A program made the translations under genes and the position numbers. A stretch of 61,719 nucleotides of DNA, filler included, from a bacterium UBP13_UBA5359 (GTDB lineage Bacteria; UBP13; UBA5359): assembly GCA_002410925.1 (NCBI GenBank). It is 4 parts of 4 records of this genome, joined end to end, with 100 filler letters (N's around TTAATTAATTAA, not from the genome) between each part and the next. Parts side by side here need not be neighbours in the genome. Positions count along the whole stretch, not along the records: positions 1 to 15,813 come from DHPR01000005.1; 3 more parts are not named here. One strand, 5' to 3'. Shown here one piece after another: positions 1 through 10,701 of the stretch (position 1 is its first letter; each line of letters starts with the position of its first letter). Below the pieces are notes generated by a model, which was given only the letters and a program-made list of their open reading frames with translations, had not been told where the DNA came from and did not search any database.

Positions 1-1283
1 CCGGAGGCCTGCAACAGAGTGTTCAGCCGCGCAGCCACATCCAATACCACATGGGCTTCCCTTACTGAGCCAGGCCCAATGGCGCCGGGATCAGAGCCGC
101 CATGCCCGGGATCCAGAACGATAATCCTATTGGAAAAGATGGTATGCCCGACTTCAACGATTATTTTACCGGGATTATCGGGGTCTTCATAACTACGATA
201 ACCGGTAGGCCCGTTGAGATCCAATACCAGCCTGACAACCGCCGGTTTAAGCTGAAACTGGCTTATGCGAGCTCTTTTGATCTGTCCTTTGCCGTCATTG
301 ATAAATTTAGGCGGCAACAGCGGCCGGACAGCATCATAGAGATCCACCACCAATCGGTCCGGTTTCTGCAACATCATAACGGCATGTCTGGTGGGCCCGG
401 AGGCGGTTATCTTTACTCGCGTTATCTTGTCGGAAACTCTTTCGAAAGATATATCTTCTATACGGGTCTTATCTTCTTTAGATAAGCCTCCATGGCTTTG
501 CTTCTTATCCTTCAACGGCTCTTTCAGGCTAGATTTAGAGCCTGCGGCTGCGCAATCCACAGTCAATGCCAGAGAATCATTCTCTTTATCCAGACTATAA
601 TTAGCCGAACCATCCAGATCCACCACCAGGCGTACTACATCAGGATCCAGCCAATTCTGGCTCACCCTGGCGGAAACCACCGGGCTGCGGCCGATCTTCT
701 CTTCACGCGCCTGCCCCATAAGAACAGCATCTTTCACATCCATAAATATGCGTCTGGGGCGAATCAGACTTCGAACATCACCATGCAGAGGATAACGCCC
801 GGAAAAGAGGAATTTGACGGCTTTCTCCTCATGGATAATGTTGATATCATCTATGCGAGGAGTGACCACTATATTAGTTTTATCTTCATTCCAGCGAGCA
901 TTCAATCCTATGGCATTTGCAAAGGCTCGTAAAGGAACGATAAATACGCCTTTGCCTCCGGTAACAGCCGCCCCCAACGGACAGGGCTTACCGTTGACGC
1001 AAATTACTTCATCGCCAAGAGCCAGTTGAACCCGGCTCTTGTCCGGCAGAGTGAAGGCCATCTGTTTCCCCTGTCTGCTGATATCAGGGTTTATGCCCAG
1101 AGGAGAGAGTATATCACCCGCTCTGACCTTCACCTCTTCTCCCTGCCATTCCATCCGGGCCGCAGTATTGACGTGTCCGGCCACTACCAGTCTGACAGAG
1201 GATGCCTGTGCCGCCTGTATGCCCGTTGCCAGAGAGAAAATAAAGAGCACCAGGATACCAGGAAGGAATTGGACACGATACAT
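1..1283 (-). CDS. N-acetylmuramoyl-L-alanine amidase (signal peptide, stalk/AMIN-like region, Amidase_3 domain); 3' end lies outside the window
   Basis: Not in the ORF track because it runs off the window. Manual translation from ATG 1283 gives MYRVQFLPGILVLFIFSLATGIQAAQA (signal peptide); the same frame near the window edge reads RIIVLDPGHGGSDPGAIGPGSVREAHVVLDVA, the Amidase_3 Zn motif. Confidence 0.88.
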   Translation of the reverse strand, partial: MYRVQFLPGILVLFIFSLATGIQAAQASSVRLVVAGHVNTAARMEWQGEEVKVRAGDILSPLGINPDISRQGKQMAFTLPDKSRVQLALGDEVICVNGKPCPLGAAVTGGKGVFIVPLRAFANAIGLNARWNEDKTNIVVTPRIDDINIIHEEKAVKFLFSGRYPLHGDVRSLIRPRRIFMDVKDAVLMGQAREEKIGRSPVVSARVSQNWLDPDVVRLVVDLDGSANYSLDKENDSLALTVDCAAAGSKSSLKEPLKDKKQSHGGLSKEDKTRIEDISFERVSDKITRVKITASGPTRHAVMMLQKPDRLVVDLYDAVRPLLPPKFINDGKGQIKRARISQFQLKPAVVRLVLDLNGPTGYRSYEDPDNPGKIIVEVGHTIFSNRIIVLDPGHGGSDPGAIGPGSVREAHVVLDVAARLNTLLQAS

Positions 1284-1473
1284 CTGATCACCTTTTGCTA
1301 TAACCATCTGAAAGCCGGAGATAGAAATTCAGAACAGCCCGAAGAGACCTCCCGAGCTGTTGCAAACCGAACTCCTTATTCCGACCACTGACCTTTGTAT
1401 TATAAATTCTATCAGTCCGATTAATTACACTCTTCTTTATATACTATTCCAGACGCGGTTTTGTTTCTCCTTT

Positions 1474-3264
1474 TTACATCTTTTCAAAGAGCCTGTTCAA
1501 TTCATCTCCCTCTATGGTTTCACGCTCTATCAGAGCTCCGGCTATTCTATCCATGCTCCAGCGATGCCTGATAATTATCTCTTCGGCTATCTTATAGCAG
1601 CTCTCTATAAGGTTACGAACTTCATGGTCTATAGCACTGGCCACCTCGTCGCCGTAATTGCGCTCTTCCATCAGATCACGACCCAAAAAAACCTGCTCTT
1701 GCTTATGTCCCAGAGTCAGCGGCCCCAAAAGATCACTCATACCATATTCCGTTATCATCCGTCGGGCTATTTCAGTCGCCTGCTGTATATCATTTTGAGC
1801 ACCGGTAGTGATTTCATTGAAGATGATCTTTTCAGCCACTCGACCGCCAAGCATGACGGCAATACGATGAGTCAACTCTGTTTTGCTCATCAGGTACCTA
1901 TCCTCCATAGGAAGCTGCATCGTATATCCCAAGGCCAAACCGCGCGGCAGAATGGAGATTTTATGTACCGGATCGGTATCGGGGAGAAGCCAGGCCACCA
2001 TGGCATGGCCGGTTTCATGATAAGCCACTATCTCTTTTTCCCTATCGCTGATTATTCTGCTTTTACGCTCAGGACCGGCCACAACGCGATCTATCGATGC
2101 TTCAAATTGGGCCATGCTTACATTGTGACGGTGCTCCCTGGCAGCCAAAATGGCGGCTTCATTAACCATATTGGCTATATCAGCGCCGGAAAAGCCGGGC
2201 GTACGCCGTGCCAGAAGGGCCAAATTTACATTCTCATCCAACGGTTTTCCACGAACATGCACTTTAAGTATGGCCTCACGGCCGTTGACGTCAGGGTTGT
2301 CGACGGTGACACGGCGATCAAACCGCCCGGGACGTAGCAAGGCCGGATCCAGAATATCGGGACGGTTGGTAGCGGCAAGGACAATGACCTGGGAGTGAGC
2401 CTCAAAGCCATCCATCTCTACCAGCAGCTGATTGAGGGTCTGTTCCCGCTCGTCATGCCCTCCGCCCAGGCCTGCACCTCTTTGGCGCCCGACAGCATCT
2501 ATTTCATCGATAAAGATTATGCAAGGTGCATTCTTCCTGGCCTGAGCAAAGAGATCCCTGACACGGGAAGCGCCCACTCCTACAAACATCTCCACAAAAT
2601 TGGAACCGCTGATAAAAAAGAAAGGCACACCAGCCTCTCCGGCAACAGCTCTGGCCAGCAGTGTTTTACCGGATCCCGGAGGCCCCAGAAGTAAAACTCC
2701 TTTAGGTATGGTAGCCCCCAGGATCTCAAAACGCCGATGATCCCTGAGAAACTCCACCACTTCCTGTAGCTCCTCTTCCGCTTCATCCACCCCGGCTACG
2801 TCACTGAAAGTAACTTTGGGGCGGTTGTCGGTAAGCATCGTTGCTTTACTCTTGCCAAAAGACATCGTTTGATTGCCGTCAGTCTGCGTTTGACGGGAGA
2901 AGATAGCCCACATACCGGCAATAACCAGCACCGGTAACAGCAGGGAGAAGATGGAAAGCCATATGGATATGCCGGCACTGCTCTTTCTGCCATAAACCGT
3001 TACATCTGCCTTCTCCAAACGCTGATAAAGCGATGCATCTTCTACACGATAAGAGCTGAAGAGCGTACCGTCTGATAAGCGACCGGTTATTTCATCCTGT
3101 CCCAGGGTAACATCCTCAACCTTCCCTTCATCCACCAGGCTGCTGAACTTGCTGTAGCTTATCCGAGATATTCCTGCAGACTGCTGATTCAGGTTCGTTA
3201 TCAGAAGAATAAAGAGAAGTATGACAAATCCGTATAACAGTGTCTGACCCAGACATCTACCCAA
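1474..3264 (-). CDS. ftsH: ATP-dependent zinc metalloprotease FtsH
   Basis: Two TM segments, Walker A GPPGSGKT, Walker [36 protein letters not shown] Zn motif. Start moved to TTG 3264 (GAGGA upstream). Confidence 0.96.
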   Translation of the reverse strand: MGRCLGQTLLYGFVILLFILLITNLNQQSAGISRISYSKFSSLVDEGKVEDVTLGQDEITGRLSDGTLFSSYRVEDASLYQRLEKADVTVYGRKSSAGISIWLSIFSLLLPVLVIAGMWAIFSRQTQTDGNQTMSFGKSKATMLTDNRPKVTFSDVAGVDEAEEELQEVVEFLRDHRRFEILGATIPKGVLLLGPPGSGKTLLARAVAGEAGVPFFFISGSNFVEMFVGVGASRVRDLFAQARKNAPCIIFIDEIDAVGRQRGAGLGGGHDEREQTLNQLLVEMDGFEAHSQVIVLAATNRPDILDPALLRPGRFDRRVTVDNPDVNGREAILKVHVRGKPLDENVNLALLARRTPGFSGADIANMVNEAAILAAREHRHNVSMAQFEASIDRVVAGPERKSRIISDREKEIVAYHETGHAMVAWLLPDTDPVHKISILPRGLALGYTMQLPMEDRYLMSKTELTHRIAVMLGGRVAEKIIFNEITTGAQNDIQQATEIARRMITEYGMSDLLGPLTLGHKQEQVFLGRDLMEERNYGDEVASAIDHEVRNLIESCYKIAEEIIIRHRWSMDRIAGALIERETIEGDELNRLFEKM

Positions 3265-3332
3265 GTTCCTCGTCCTCACGTACGTTGAAGTGATGGTATA
3301 AGAATACCCTTGGGAGAGAAATCTTAAACAGG

Positions 3333-3794
3333 TCAGGGATACGACCGCCAAGGCTCTATAACTTCGGTTATCTCAGAAGCAAGTGGCATGCCATAGCGCA
3401 GGCTGTACCATCTAATAGCGGCAAAGGTTAGTATCAAAGCCAGAATGGAAGAGCACACGCCGATATCTTCAGATATACGCCTTCCCAGAGCATAGCCGAT
3501 AAACATTATAAGAAGCGGCAAAAGGTATATGATAGCGGAACCGCGCAGAAGTTGAACCGAGCCGGTTTCCACCTTTACCGTATCTCCCGCCACGGCATGC
3601 AAGGGATTACGGCAAAGCATAGCGGCCGGATCACCAGGGCTGGATTGGCAGAGTCCACAACGGGAACATTCATTATCACGTCGGAACTCCACCAGAGCAA
3701 AATCTCCCTCTACCTTAATAACGGTACCATGCTCTTTCAACTTACCGCTCACCTGCATTCGGGCTTGAATCCGGGCTTTATACCCGACATTCAA
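3333..3794 (-). CDS. RseC/MucC family (SoxR reducing system) membrane protein
   Basis: EHGTVIKVEG start, CSRCGLC motif, NPLHAVAGDTVKVE, IYLLPLL plus two TM helices. True start probably near 3758 or later. Confidence 0.8.
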   Translation of the reverse strand: MNVGYKARIQARMQVSGKLKEHGTVIKVEGDFALVEFRRDNECSRCGLCQSSPGDPAAMLCRNPLHAVAGDTVKVETGSVQLLRGSAIIYLLPLLIMFIGYALGRRISEDIGVCSSILALILTFAAIRWYSLRYGMPLASEITEVIEPWRSYP

Positions 3795-3864
3795 TTTCTT
3801 TCTTCTCGAATACGATATTCAGACTGCAAAATCTCTACCCGATTACTAACAGAGCTAAAGGGAA

Positions 3865-4824
3865 TCAGCGTTTTTCTATCACCAGCGATATAGCACCCAG
3901 AAGACCGGCATCATCCCCTAAAGGAGATAATTCCAGACGGCAGGTGGATGCCGGTACCAGCAGGGCTCTGGTCTCTACCGTTCTTCTTATGGGATCCATG
4001 AGAAATCGGCCGGCTCCGGCTATACCGCCACCGATAACTATTACCTGCGGGCTGAGAGCCTGAATCAATCCGGCAGCTGCAATACCGACATACATGCCTA
4101 CCTCGTCCCAAACCTCGATAGCTGTTTGATCGCCGGCTTCGGCTGCCTGGGCTACCACCGCAGGCGTTATGGAGCGAATATCTCCATCAACCATCCCGGG
4201 AATAAGAGAGCGTTTTCCCTGCTGCAGCTTCATAGCTGTTCTATCGGCTATAGCCTGTGCCTTGGCAAAGGCTTCCAGGCACCCATAGCAGCCGCATTCG
4301 CAGCGTGGCCCATCCGGATCTACAACAATATGGCCTAATTCGCCACCGCCTTCGGTAGAGCCTGCATAGAGCCGGCCATCAAGAATAAGTCCTCCGCCTA
4401 CACCTGTGCCCAATGCCAGCACTGCTATATGCTCAGCTCCGCGCCCGGCCCCAAATCGGTATTCTCCTAAAGCATGTGCATTTACATCATTGACTATGTA
4501 AACAGGCAAGGAAATATGTTTATGCAATTCATCCACTAGCGGTACTTCAGTCCAGCCGGTAAAATTAGGGGAAAAATGAACAACGCCGCTCATCATATTG
4601 AGATAGCCGGGCACACCTATGCCAATTCCCTCTACCTGGCGACAGCTCACACCGGCACCGTCCATCAGCCGTTGTACCAGTTCAGCCAGGCGGCGTACAA
4701 CATTAGCAAAGCCGGAATCGGCCATGGTCTCCGTTTTTTCGCGAGCAATTATAGTTTCATTTTTATATGTCAGGGCGGCCACCATATTGGTGCCACCCAG
4801 ATCGATACCTATTATATAGCTCAT
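3865..4824 (-). CDS. ROK family sugar kinase (glucokinase-like)
   Basis: IGIDLGGT, NDVNA, LGTGVGGG, GELGH and CxCGxxGCLE motifs; no N-terminal HTH. Confidence 0.92.
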   Translation of the reverse strand: MSYIIGIDLGGTNMVAALTYKNETIIAREKTETMADSGFANVVRRLAELVQRLMDGAGVSCRQVEGIGIGVPGYLNMMSGVVHFSPNFTGWTEVPLVDELHKHISLPVYIVNDVNAHALGEYRFGAGRGAEHIAVLALGTGVGGGLILDGRLYAGSTEGGGELGHIVVDPDGPRCECGCYGCLEAFAKAQAIADRTAMKLQQGKRSLIPGMVDGDIRSITPAVVAQAAEAGDQTAIEVWDEVGMYVGIAAAGLIQALSPQVIVIGGGIAGAGRFLMDPIRRTVETRALLVPASTCRLELSPLGDDAGLLGAISLVIEKR

Positions 4825-4878
4825 TTGCATTCCCCCAAGCTCATTTGTACACCGAGCCACTCTTGCAAACAGCCCCGC

Positions 4879-5937
4879 TCATACCTTAGCCAGTTCTGCC
4901 TTCAGATGGTTGATGGCATTGATCTCCATAGGATCAGCGTTATAAAGCAATGCGAGATAAAGTGTAGTATAATCGCCTATGTAATTAATCGACATCATTC
5001 TGGCCAGCAATGATTCTCCCTGACTCTTTATCTCATGAATACCGCCTACGCGATCACGCATAATCTTCTCGGTAATCGATACTCTGGTCTTTAACCTGGG
5101 ATGAGCTCCCTCATCGCTAAGTAATATCAGAAAGAAACGCTCTGTAAGCTCACCGAGAAAGCTCCAGGCCATAATTTCATTATGATTCAATTCGGGAAAA
5201 GCATTCCAGCCGGCATATATCTTGCTGTTTTCATTGAACTGGCACTTCCAGCGGAAGGCCATCACGCCCATAGGCTCGCTATTGCCGTACACCAGAGGCA
5301 TCTTGTTCTCAAGCATTAAGGCCAACTGCTTAGCCGGATTGTTATCTGCTTCCACCTCCATACGCAAAGCTTCACGCTGGCTGCGCATTAGAGATACGGC
5401 CTCTGCCACATCGCCATCTACAGGAGCTATAAGTCCCATCCTCTGCATAACATTGAGCATAGGCATAAGTATATAACCTGTAGCAGTCCGAGGAGGCTGT
5501 CCGGCAGGAATAGTTATTACGGGGCTGTTGTCGGCCTGAGCCATCTCCTTCAACTTACCTCCGGTGGTAATACAAACCGTCATGGCCCCCCTGGCTCTGG
5601 CTATGCTATAAGCACTGAGCGTTTCTTCGGTGTTGCCGGAATAACTGTCAACAAAGACCAGCGTTTTCTCATTTACAAAAGCGGGCAGGGTATAATCACG
5701 ATTGACAACTACAGGAGCGGAAGATTGGTCAGCCACCAAAGCACGCATAATATCACCACTTATGGCAGACCCGCCCAGGCCGGTTACTACTACCTTTTCC
5801 GGCATGGTCATCTCCGGCAACAGAAAGCTGTCAGCTATATCCCAGGCACGCTCACACTGATCCGGCAGGCTATCTTCAATTCCCAGCATATTGCCGGGAT
5901 CCAGCAATTTCATCTCTTTGACATCATTTAACAGCAT
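4879..5937 (-). CDS. Bifunctional phosphoglucose/phosphomannose isomerase (SIS domains)
   Basis: GLGGSAISG, SYSGNTEET, TTGGKL, RWKCQFNENSK and PELNHNE motifs. Confidence 0.92.
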   Translation of the reverse strand: MLLNDVKEMKLLDPGNMLGIEDSLPDQCERAWDIADSFLLPEMTMPEKVVVTGLGGSAISGDIMRALVADQSSAPVVVNRDYTLPAFVNEKTLVFVDSYSGNTEETLSAYSIARARGAMTVCITTGGKLKEMAQADNSPVITIPAGQPPRTATGYILMPMLNVMQRMGLIAPVDGDVAEAVSLMRSQREALRMEVEADNNPAKQLALMLENKMPLVYGNSEPMGVMAFRWKCQFNENSKIYAGWNAFPELNHNEIMAWSFLGELTERFFLILLSDEGAHPRLKTRVSITEKIMRDRVGGIHEIKSQGESLLARMMSINYIGDYTTLYLALLYNADPMEINAINHLKAELAKV

Positions 5938-5960
5938 AATCTATTCCTCCGTTTTTTAAT

Positions 5961-6872
5961 TTAACTCTCTTTCAAAGCTTCCAGCTTTCTAAAATCACAC
6001 CAGGTATCAAAAATACCCAGCCATAGGGCTGCCTGTATCAAAAGCGGCTGTAGGATACAGAGCAATAATAACAGCCGGCGCAGCAGATCGCCGGCCTGCA
6101 TACGCCGAAGCTGAAGGCTTATTATTCCCAGCCCGCATATGAGATATGGCAGAGAGAATGATATGAACAGATTCACACCCAACATATGCAAAGCTGCTCT
6201 GTTCCACTCTATACCTGCAAAGACAAAAAGTATGCCAATAATAACTCCCCAAACAACGGGATATGTGATTCGCCAAAATTCAAACGGCAGGTAAGGTTTC
6301 AAGCCTCCTCCAAAGGAGGGCAGCAGCTTTCTTGTCAACCAGAGGTTGACGGCAACAAGAACCGTAAGATAGATCAACAACAGAGAGGGATATATTTCCA
6401 GAATAGTCCTCTTCAGATCAGAGAACATCTGCAAACGCTCTTCAGCATCAAATGCCTGCAAATAGGGCAGATTTTCCGGTTTCATATATATATCCAGCTG
6501 CTTCGTCCAAAGAGATATTATACTGTTGCCCTGATGCATTGACCAGGCTATCCAGAGAAGAAAGAGTCCTGCTGCAAATATTGTCCCCTGCCATAGGATA
6601 TTTGATGGTTCAATATCCATAGATATCTCCCAGCCCAGATAAATCCCCAATAGAATAATACCTAACATGGGCGGCCAGAGATCAGGATACAGCCTGCCAA
6701 CGGCTAACAGTCCCGGTATGATGGCAAGTATTGCTGCAGGTACACCTTTGCGCTGAACCGCCAAAGCCAGCGGTGCCGGCAGCAAAACAAGCAACGGTAA
6801 TCCGATTGATGTGAACATAGCCACAGAAACACTTAAAAAACAGAGCACTACTGATAACAGGAGAAAAGACAC
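5961..6872 (-). CDS. DUF2232/YybS family membrane protein
   Basis: Polytopic hydrophobic protein ending LGIFDTWCDFRK; occupies the typical position after rpsR. Confidence 0.8.
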   Translation of the reverse strand: MSFLLLSVVLCFLSVSVAMFTSIGLPLLVLLPAPLALAVQRKGVPAAILAIIPGLLAVGRLYPDLWPPMLGIILLGIYLGWEISMDIEPSNILWQGTIFAAGLFLLWIAWSMHQGNSIISLWTKQLDIYMKPENLPYLQAFDAEERLQMFSDLKRTILEIYPSLLLIYLTVLVAVNLWLTRKLLPSFGGGLKPYLPFEFWRITYPVVWGVIIGILFVFAGIEWNRAALHMLGVNLFISFSLPYLICGLGIISLQLRRMQAGDLLRRLLLLLCILQPLLIQAALWLGIFDTWCDFRKLEALKES

Positions 6873-6898
6873 AATTACTCTCCAGAGGAATTATAATG

Positions 6899-6928
6899 AA
6901 AAAGATAAGGGGGCGGCTAAGCCCCCTG
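6899..6928 (-). terminator. Rho-independent terminator after rpsR
   Basis: Minus strand AGGGGGC-TTAGCC-GCCCCCT followed by TATCTTTT. Confidence 0.65.
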
Positions 6929-6936
6929 CGATACAT

Positions 6937-7173
6937 TCAGCCGGCGGAAAAGGGCAGCAGAGCTATCTCTCTGGCCCTCTTGATGGCAACGGTTACTTCG
7001 CGCTGATGCTTGGCACAGTTACCGGTAGCGCGACGAGGCAGTATCTTGCCCCTGTCCGAGATAAACCGTCTAAGCTTCATAGCATCCTTGTAACCTATGG
7101 TTTCATTCTTATCGGCACAGAAAACACATACCTTGCGGCGAGGTCTTCTGAACTTGCTTTCACGCTTGGCCAC
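6937..7173 (-). CDS. rpsR: 30S ribosomal protein S18 (Zn-binding C+ form)
   Basis: [42 protein letters not shown]. Confidence 0.98.
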   Translation of the reverse strand: MAKRESKFRRPRRKVCVFCADKNETIGYKDAMKLRRFISDRGKILPRRATGNCAKHQREVTVAIKRAREIALLPFSAG

Positions 7174-7251
7174 TTTGTTTCCTCCATTTCTTTAAAGCCT
7201 ATCACTGAATAATCCTTACCGATTGCAAATATAATTCAGTGATGCTCCCTT

Positions 7252-7698
7252 TTAGAACGGCATATCATCCAGGCTAACGTCCATGATATCATCGAGGCTA
7301 TCCGCATCTTCCTGAGGTTTGGCCGATCCTTCAGTAGATTGGGATTGCCGTCCTCCTGCCTGACCGCCATCTTTCCCGCCGGGCCAATCCAAGAAGCGTA
7401 CATCTTCAGCTACCACTTCGCTTATAGTTCGGCGTTGGCCATCCTGGCCGTCATAGCTGCGCACCTGTAAACGGCCGTCCACAGCCACCAGGCGCCCTTT
7501 GTTCAGCTGATTGGAGCAGATCTCCGCCAGCTTACGCCAGGCGATTATACGAATAAAATCTGCTTCTCTTTCACCCTGAGCATTGGCAAATCTACGATCA
7601 ACCGCCAGAGTAAAACTGGCCACCGCGGCTCCGCTCGGCGTATAGCGCAGTTCAGGATCCCTGGTTAAACGTCCTATCAGAATAATTCTGTTAAGCAT
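7252..7698 (-). CDS. ssb: Single-stranded DNA-binding protein
   Basis: [20 protein letters not shown], acidic tail DDMPF. Confidence 0.98.
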   Translation of the reverse strand: MLNRIILIGRLTRDPELRYTPSGAAVASFTLAVDRRFANAQGEREADFIRIIAWRKLAEICSNQLNKGRLVAVDGRLQVRSYDGQDGQRRTISEVVAEDVRFLDWPGGKDGGQAGGRQSQSTEGSAKPQEDADSLDDIMDVSLDDMPF

Positions 7699-7725
7699 GC
7701 GACACCATCCTCGACGCTACCGGGG

Positions 7726-8019
7726 TCAACCCTCGGAATCGCGTCTAATAATAATATGCCTAATATAGTTCTCGTTGAGTTTTAAGAAACGATCAAGTTC
7801 GTCCAGCGTATTGTTTTCGCCATCGAAGGTCACTACCACGTAGTATCCCTCGTTTTTTTCAGCAACTTCATACGCCAGGCGACGCTTGCCCCACTTATCG
7901 ATCTCGCCAACCTCACCGCCGTTAGCGGTTATGACCTGATTGAGCTGCTCTACAGCAGCATCGATCTGCTCATCCTCAAGCTGGGGATCAATAATATAAG
8001 TAACTTCATAAGCTCTCAT
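7726..8019 (-). CDS. rpsF: 30S ribosomal protein S6
   Basis: MRAYEVTYIIDP, WGKRRLAYE; rpsF-ssb-rpsR synteny. Confidence 0.98.
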   Translation of the reverse strand: MRAYEVTYIIDPQLEDEQIDAAVEQLNQVITANGGEVGEIDKWGKRRLAYEVAEKNEGYYVVVTFDGENNTLDELDRFLKLNENYIRHIIIRRDSEG

Positions 8020-8021
8020 TG

Positions 8022-8099
8022 CGTCACCTCCTCCTCCGGTCTATCGGCCCCGCACTGCACCGCCCCGAGCCCGGGCTGGTATCTGCGAAGCAGGAAGAA
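8022..8099 (-). ncRNA. S6:S18 ribosomal protein leader (rpsF autoregulatory RNA)
   Basis: Minus strand TTCTTCCTGCTTCGCA...TGCGGGGCCGATAGACCGGAGGAGGAGGTG-ATG: a 5' pyrimidine tract pairs with the SD, with the GGGCCG...AGACC internal-loop signature as I recall it from Bacillota rpsF leaders. Confidence 0.7.
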
Positions 8100-8129
8100 A
8101 AGCCTTTATAAGGCTTGTCCAACTGTTTG

Positions 8130-8158
8130 ATTATATCATCGAGAGCAGCGTATTGCAA
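8130..8158 (-). promoter_or_regulatory. Sigma-A promoter of the rpsF operon
   Basis: TTGCAA-17 nt-TATAAT with extended TG. Confidence 0.7.
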
Positions 8159-8344
8159 CGCGTATTTTCAGAGGGTTGCGCCAACAAAATGCTACAGATT
8201 GCAGATAATCCCAAGCGTTACAAAGCAGAACGCCGCATTGCTAGTTACCCTGGCTTTGCTCAAACGTCCTATATGTCGACAAAGAAATTCAATTTAAAAA
8301 AGAGGCAGATCCGCAGACCTACCCCCAAACAAAACATTTAGATA

Positions 8345-8731
8345 TTACTCACCTTTATCTTTTTTAGAGATATAATCCTCTATGGCAGATTTCAGGGCCT
8401 CCTCAGCCAGCACAGAGCAGTGCATCTTGACCTTGGGCAGCCCTCCCAGAGCCTCTGCTACAGCAGCATTGCTGATCTTCAGAGCCTCCTCTATTGCCTT
8501 GCCCTTAACCATATCCGTTACCATGCTGCTGGTAGCTATGGCCGCCCCACAGCCGAAGGTCTTGAATCTGGCATCGATGATGACATCGTTCTCCACTTTG
8601 ATGAAAAGCTTCATTATATCGCCGCAAACGGGATTGCCGACGCTACCGACTCCGCTAGGATTCTCTATCTCGCCTACATTATGAGGGTTAGAGAAATGCT
8701 CCATTACCTTTGTGCTATAACCGCCCTCCAT
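8345..8731 (-). CDS. iscU: Fe-S cluster scaffold IscU/NifU
   Basis: YSTKVMEHFSNPHNVG, GNPVCGD, FKTFGCGAAIA, LPKVKMHCS. Start at ATG 8731 after AAGGAGGG. Confidence 0.93.
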   Translation of the reverse strand: MEGGYSTKVMEHFSNPHNVGEIENPSGVGSVGNPVCGDIMKLFIKVENDVIIDARFKTFGCGAAIATSSMVTDMVKGKAIEEALKISNAAVAEALGGLPKVKMHCSVLAEEALKSAIEDYISKKDKGE

Positions 8732-8803
8732 AATCTGTCCCTCCTTGACATCGTCAAAAGTGATTATACTCCTATGCCCATCAAATGTCATTAAATTAAT
8801 CAT

Positions 8804-8830
8804 AAAAAAGGCAGCGCTACAAGCGCTGCC
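8804..8830 (-). terminator. Rho-independent terminator downstream of tRNA-Met
   Basis: GGCAGCGCT-TGT-AGCGCTGCC-TTTTTT on the minus strand. Confidence 0.85.
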
Positions 8831-8839
8831 GTGTAAACT

Positions 8840-9034
<195 letters not shown>

Positions 9035-9089
9035 ATGCAAAAATCATTATACCATGTAGCTGGAGATTGTAAAGGGGCAATCGGCTGAA

Positions 9090-10682
9090 TCAAACTTTCA
9101 AAGAGAACTCTTGGGGTACTTTCAGAGAGAGTCCCATAACTTCCCTGCGAAAGAGATGATCATCCATAAGCTTTAAATCGGGACTGATACAGGGAATAAA
9201 ATCCATCTGATCAAGGATATCATGCCGCAGATCCATTCCCGGCGCTATCTCCGTCAGTAAAAAGCCATCCGTTCCCATCTCGAAAACGGCTCTCTCGGTT
9301 ACGAGGAGCACTTTATGTCCCTGCTTGCCGGCAAAGGATCCATTGAAAGTAAGGTGCTGAACCTCCCGAACAAATTTTCTATGTATACCCTCTTTAAGAA
9401 TACGAATATACCCATCGGCCACTTCGACCTTTAAACCTCCGGTAGTAAAAGAGCCGCAGAAAACAACCCTTTTAGTGTTCTGGGATATATTTATGAAACC
9501 ACCGGCGCCGGTTATGCGAGAAGCGAATTTACTGACATTGATATTGCCGTGACAATCGGCCTCGGCCAAGCCCAGAAAAGCTATATCCAATCCACCACCA
9601 TCATAAAAATCAAACATATAGGGTTGATCGATCATTGCTTCAGGGTTCACCGCTGCCCCAAAGCTAAGGCCGGAAGAGGGTATCCCGCCGATAGCGCCCG
9701 ATTCTACGGTCAGCATCATCCTATCACGGATTCCTTCCTCCTGAGCCACCTGAGCTATACCTACAGGCATACCGATACCCAGATTGACCAAAGCCTGATG
9801 CCCTATCTCCATAGCTGCACGACGGCAGACTACTTTACGCTCATCCAGTTCCATGGGAGCCAGCAAGCTTATCTCATCAGCATGTCCTTCGCCGCAATAG
9901 GCAGGATTGTAATCCGCTCCAAACACCTGGCAATGATTCTCTAACTCAGCTACTACCACAGCATCTACGAAGATCCCCGGCAATCTGACCAACCATGGAT
10001 CGGAATGAAATCCATCTACCAGCCGCTCAACCTGGGCTATTACCAGACCACCGGAATTTTTGGCCGCCTGCGCCATAGCCAGAGTTTCAAGGCTGGCAAT
10101 CTCCTTCTCCATGGTGATATTGCCATGCTTATCAGCGGTCGTACCGCGTATTAAAGCCACGTTTATGGGGAACGCCTTGTAGAAGAGCCATTCACGGCCG
10201 TCAAGGCATAGCAGCTCCACCAGATCCTCCGTGGTGCTGCTATTGAGCTTGCCGCCGGATATGCGAGGATCCACAAAGGTATGCAGCCCCACATGGGTAA
10301 TAGTCCCCGGCCGGCCGGCGGCTATATCCCGGTAAAGCTGGCTGATGCAGCCCTGAGGAAAATTATAAGCCTCTATTTTATTCTGATTGGAAAGCTCGCC
10401 CAGGGTAGGCACCAGCCCCCAGTGCCCGCCGATAGCCCGTTTAACCAGGCTTTCGTGCCCCAGATGATTCAAACCGCGATCGGCAAAGTCACCCTGCCCG
10501 GCACCGAATACCAGCGTCAGATCCTGCGGATTCCCCCTTTCCAGAAAATTTTTTTCCAGATGCAGTGTCAATTCTTCAGGATGGCCGCTGCCGACAAAGC
10601 CGCCGACAGCCACGGTATCGCCGCTCTTAACCAGCTTTACCGCTTCTTCGGCCGGCAAAACCTTTTTTATCATAGCCTCCAC
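9090..10682 (-). CDS. Acyl-CoA:acetate/propionate CoA-transferase (Pct/YdiF family)
   Basis: GGFVGSGHPEEL, GLHTFVDPR, VNLGIGMP, TVESG (catalytic Glu), FYDGGGLD, GAGGFINISQ. Confidence 0.92.
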   Translation of the reverse strand: MEAMIKKVLPAEEAVKLVKSGDTVAVGGFVGSGHPEELTLHLEKNFLERGNPQDLTLVFGAGQGDFADRGLNHLGHESLVKRAIGGHWGLVPTLGELSNQNKIEAYNFPQGCISQLYRDIAAGRPGTITHVGLHTFVDPRISGGKLNSSTTEDLVELLCLDGREWLFYKAFPINVALIRGTTADKHGNITMEKEIASLETLAMAQAAKNSGGLVIAQVERLVDGFHSDPWLVRLPGIFVDAVVVAELENHCQVFGADYNPAYCGEGHADEISLLAPMELDERKVVCRRAAMEIGHQALVNLGIGMPVGIAQVAQEEGIRDRMMLTVESGAIGGIPSSGLSFGAAVNPEAMIDQPYMFDFYDGGGLDIAFLGLAEADCHGNINVSKFASRITGAGGFINISQNTKRVVFCGSFTTGGLKVEVADGYIRILKEGIHRKFVREVQHLTFNGSFAGKQGHKVLLVTERAVFEMGTDGFLLTEIAPGMDLRHDILDQMDFIPCISPDLKLMDDHLFRREVMGLSLKVPQEFSLKV

Positions 10683-10701
10683 TGATCCTATTATTTACTA
10701 C

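Noticed and set aside
102-2337. Plus-strand ORFs at 102-1391 and 1360-2337, and similar long antisense ORFs (17933-19111, 20612-21748, 35371-36207)
   Set aside because: Shadow frames opposite well-supported genes, with no motifs.
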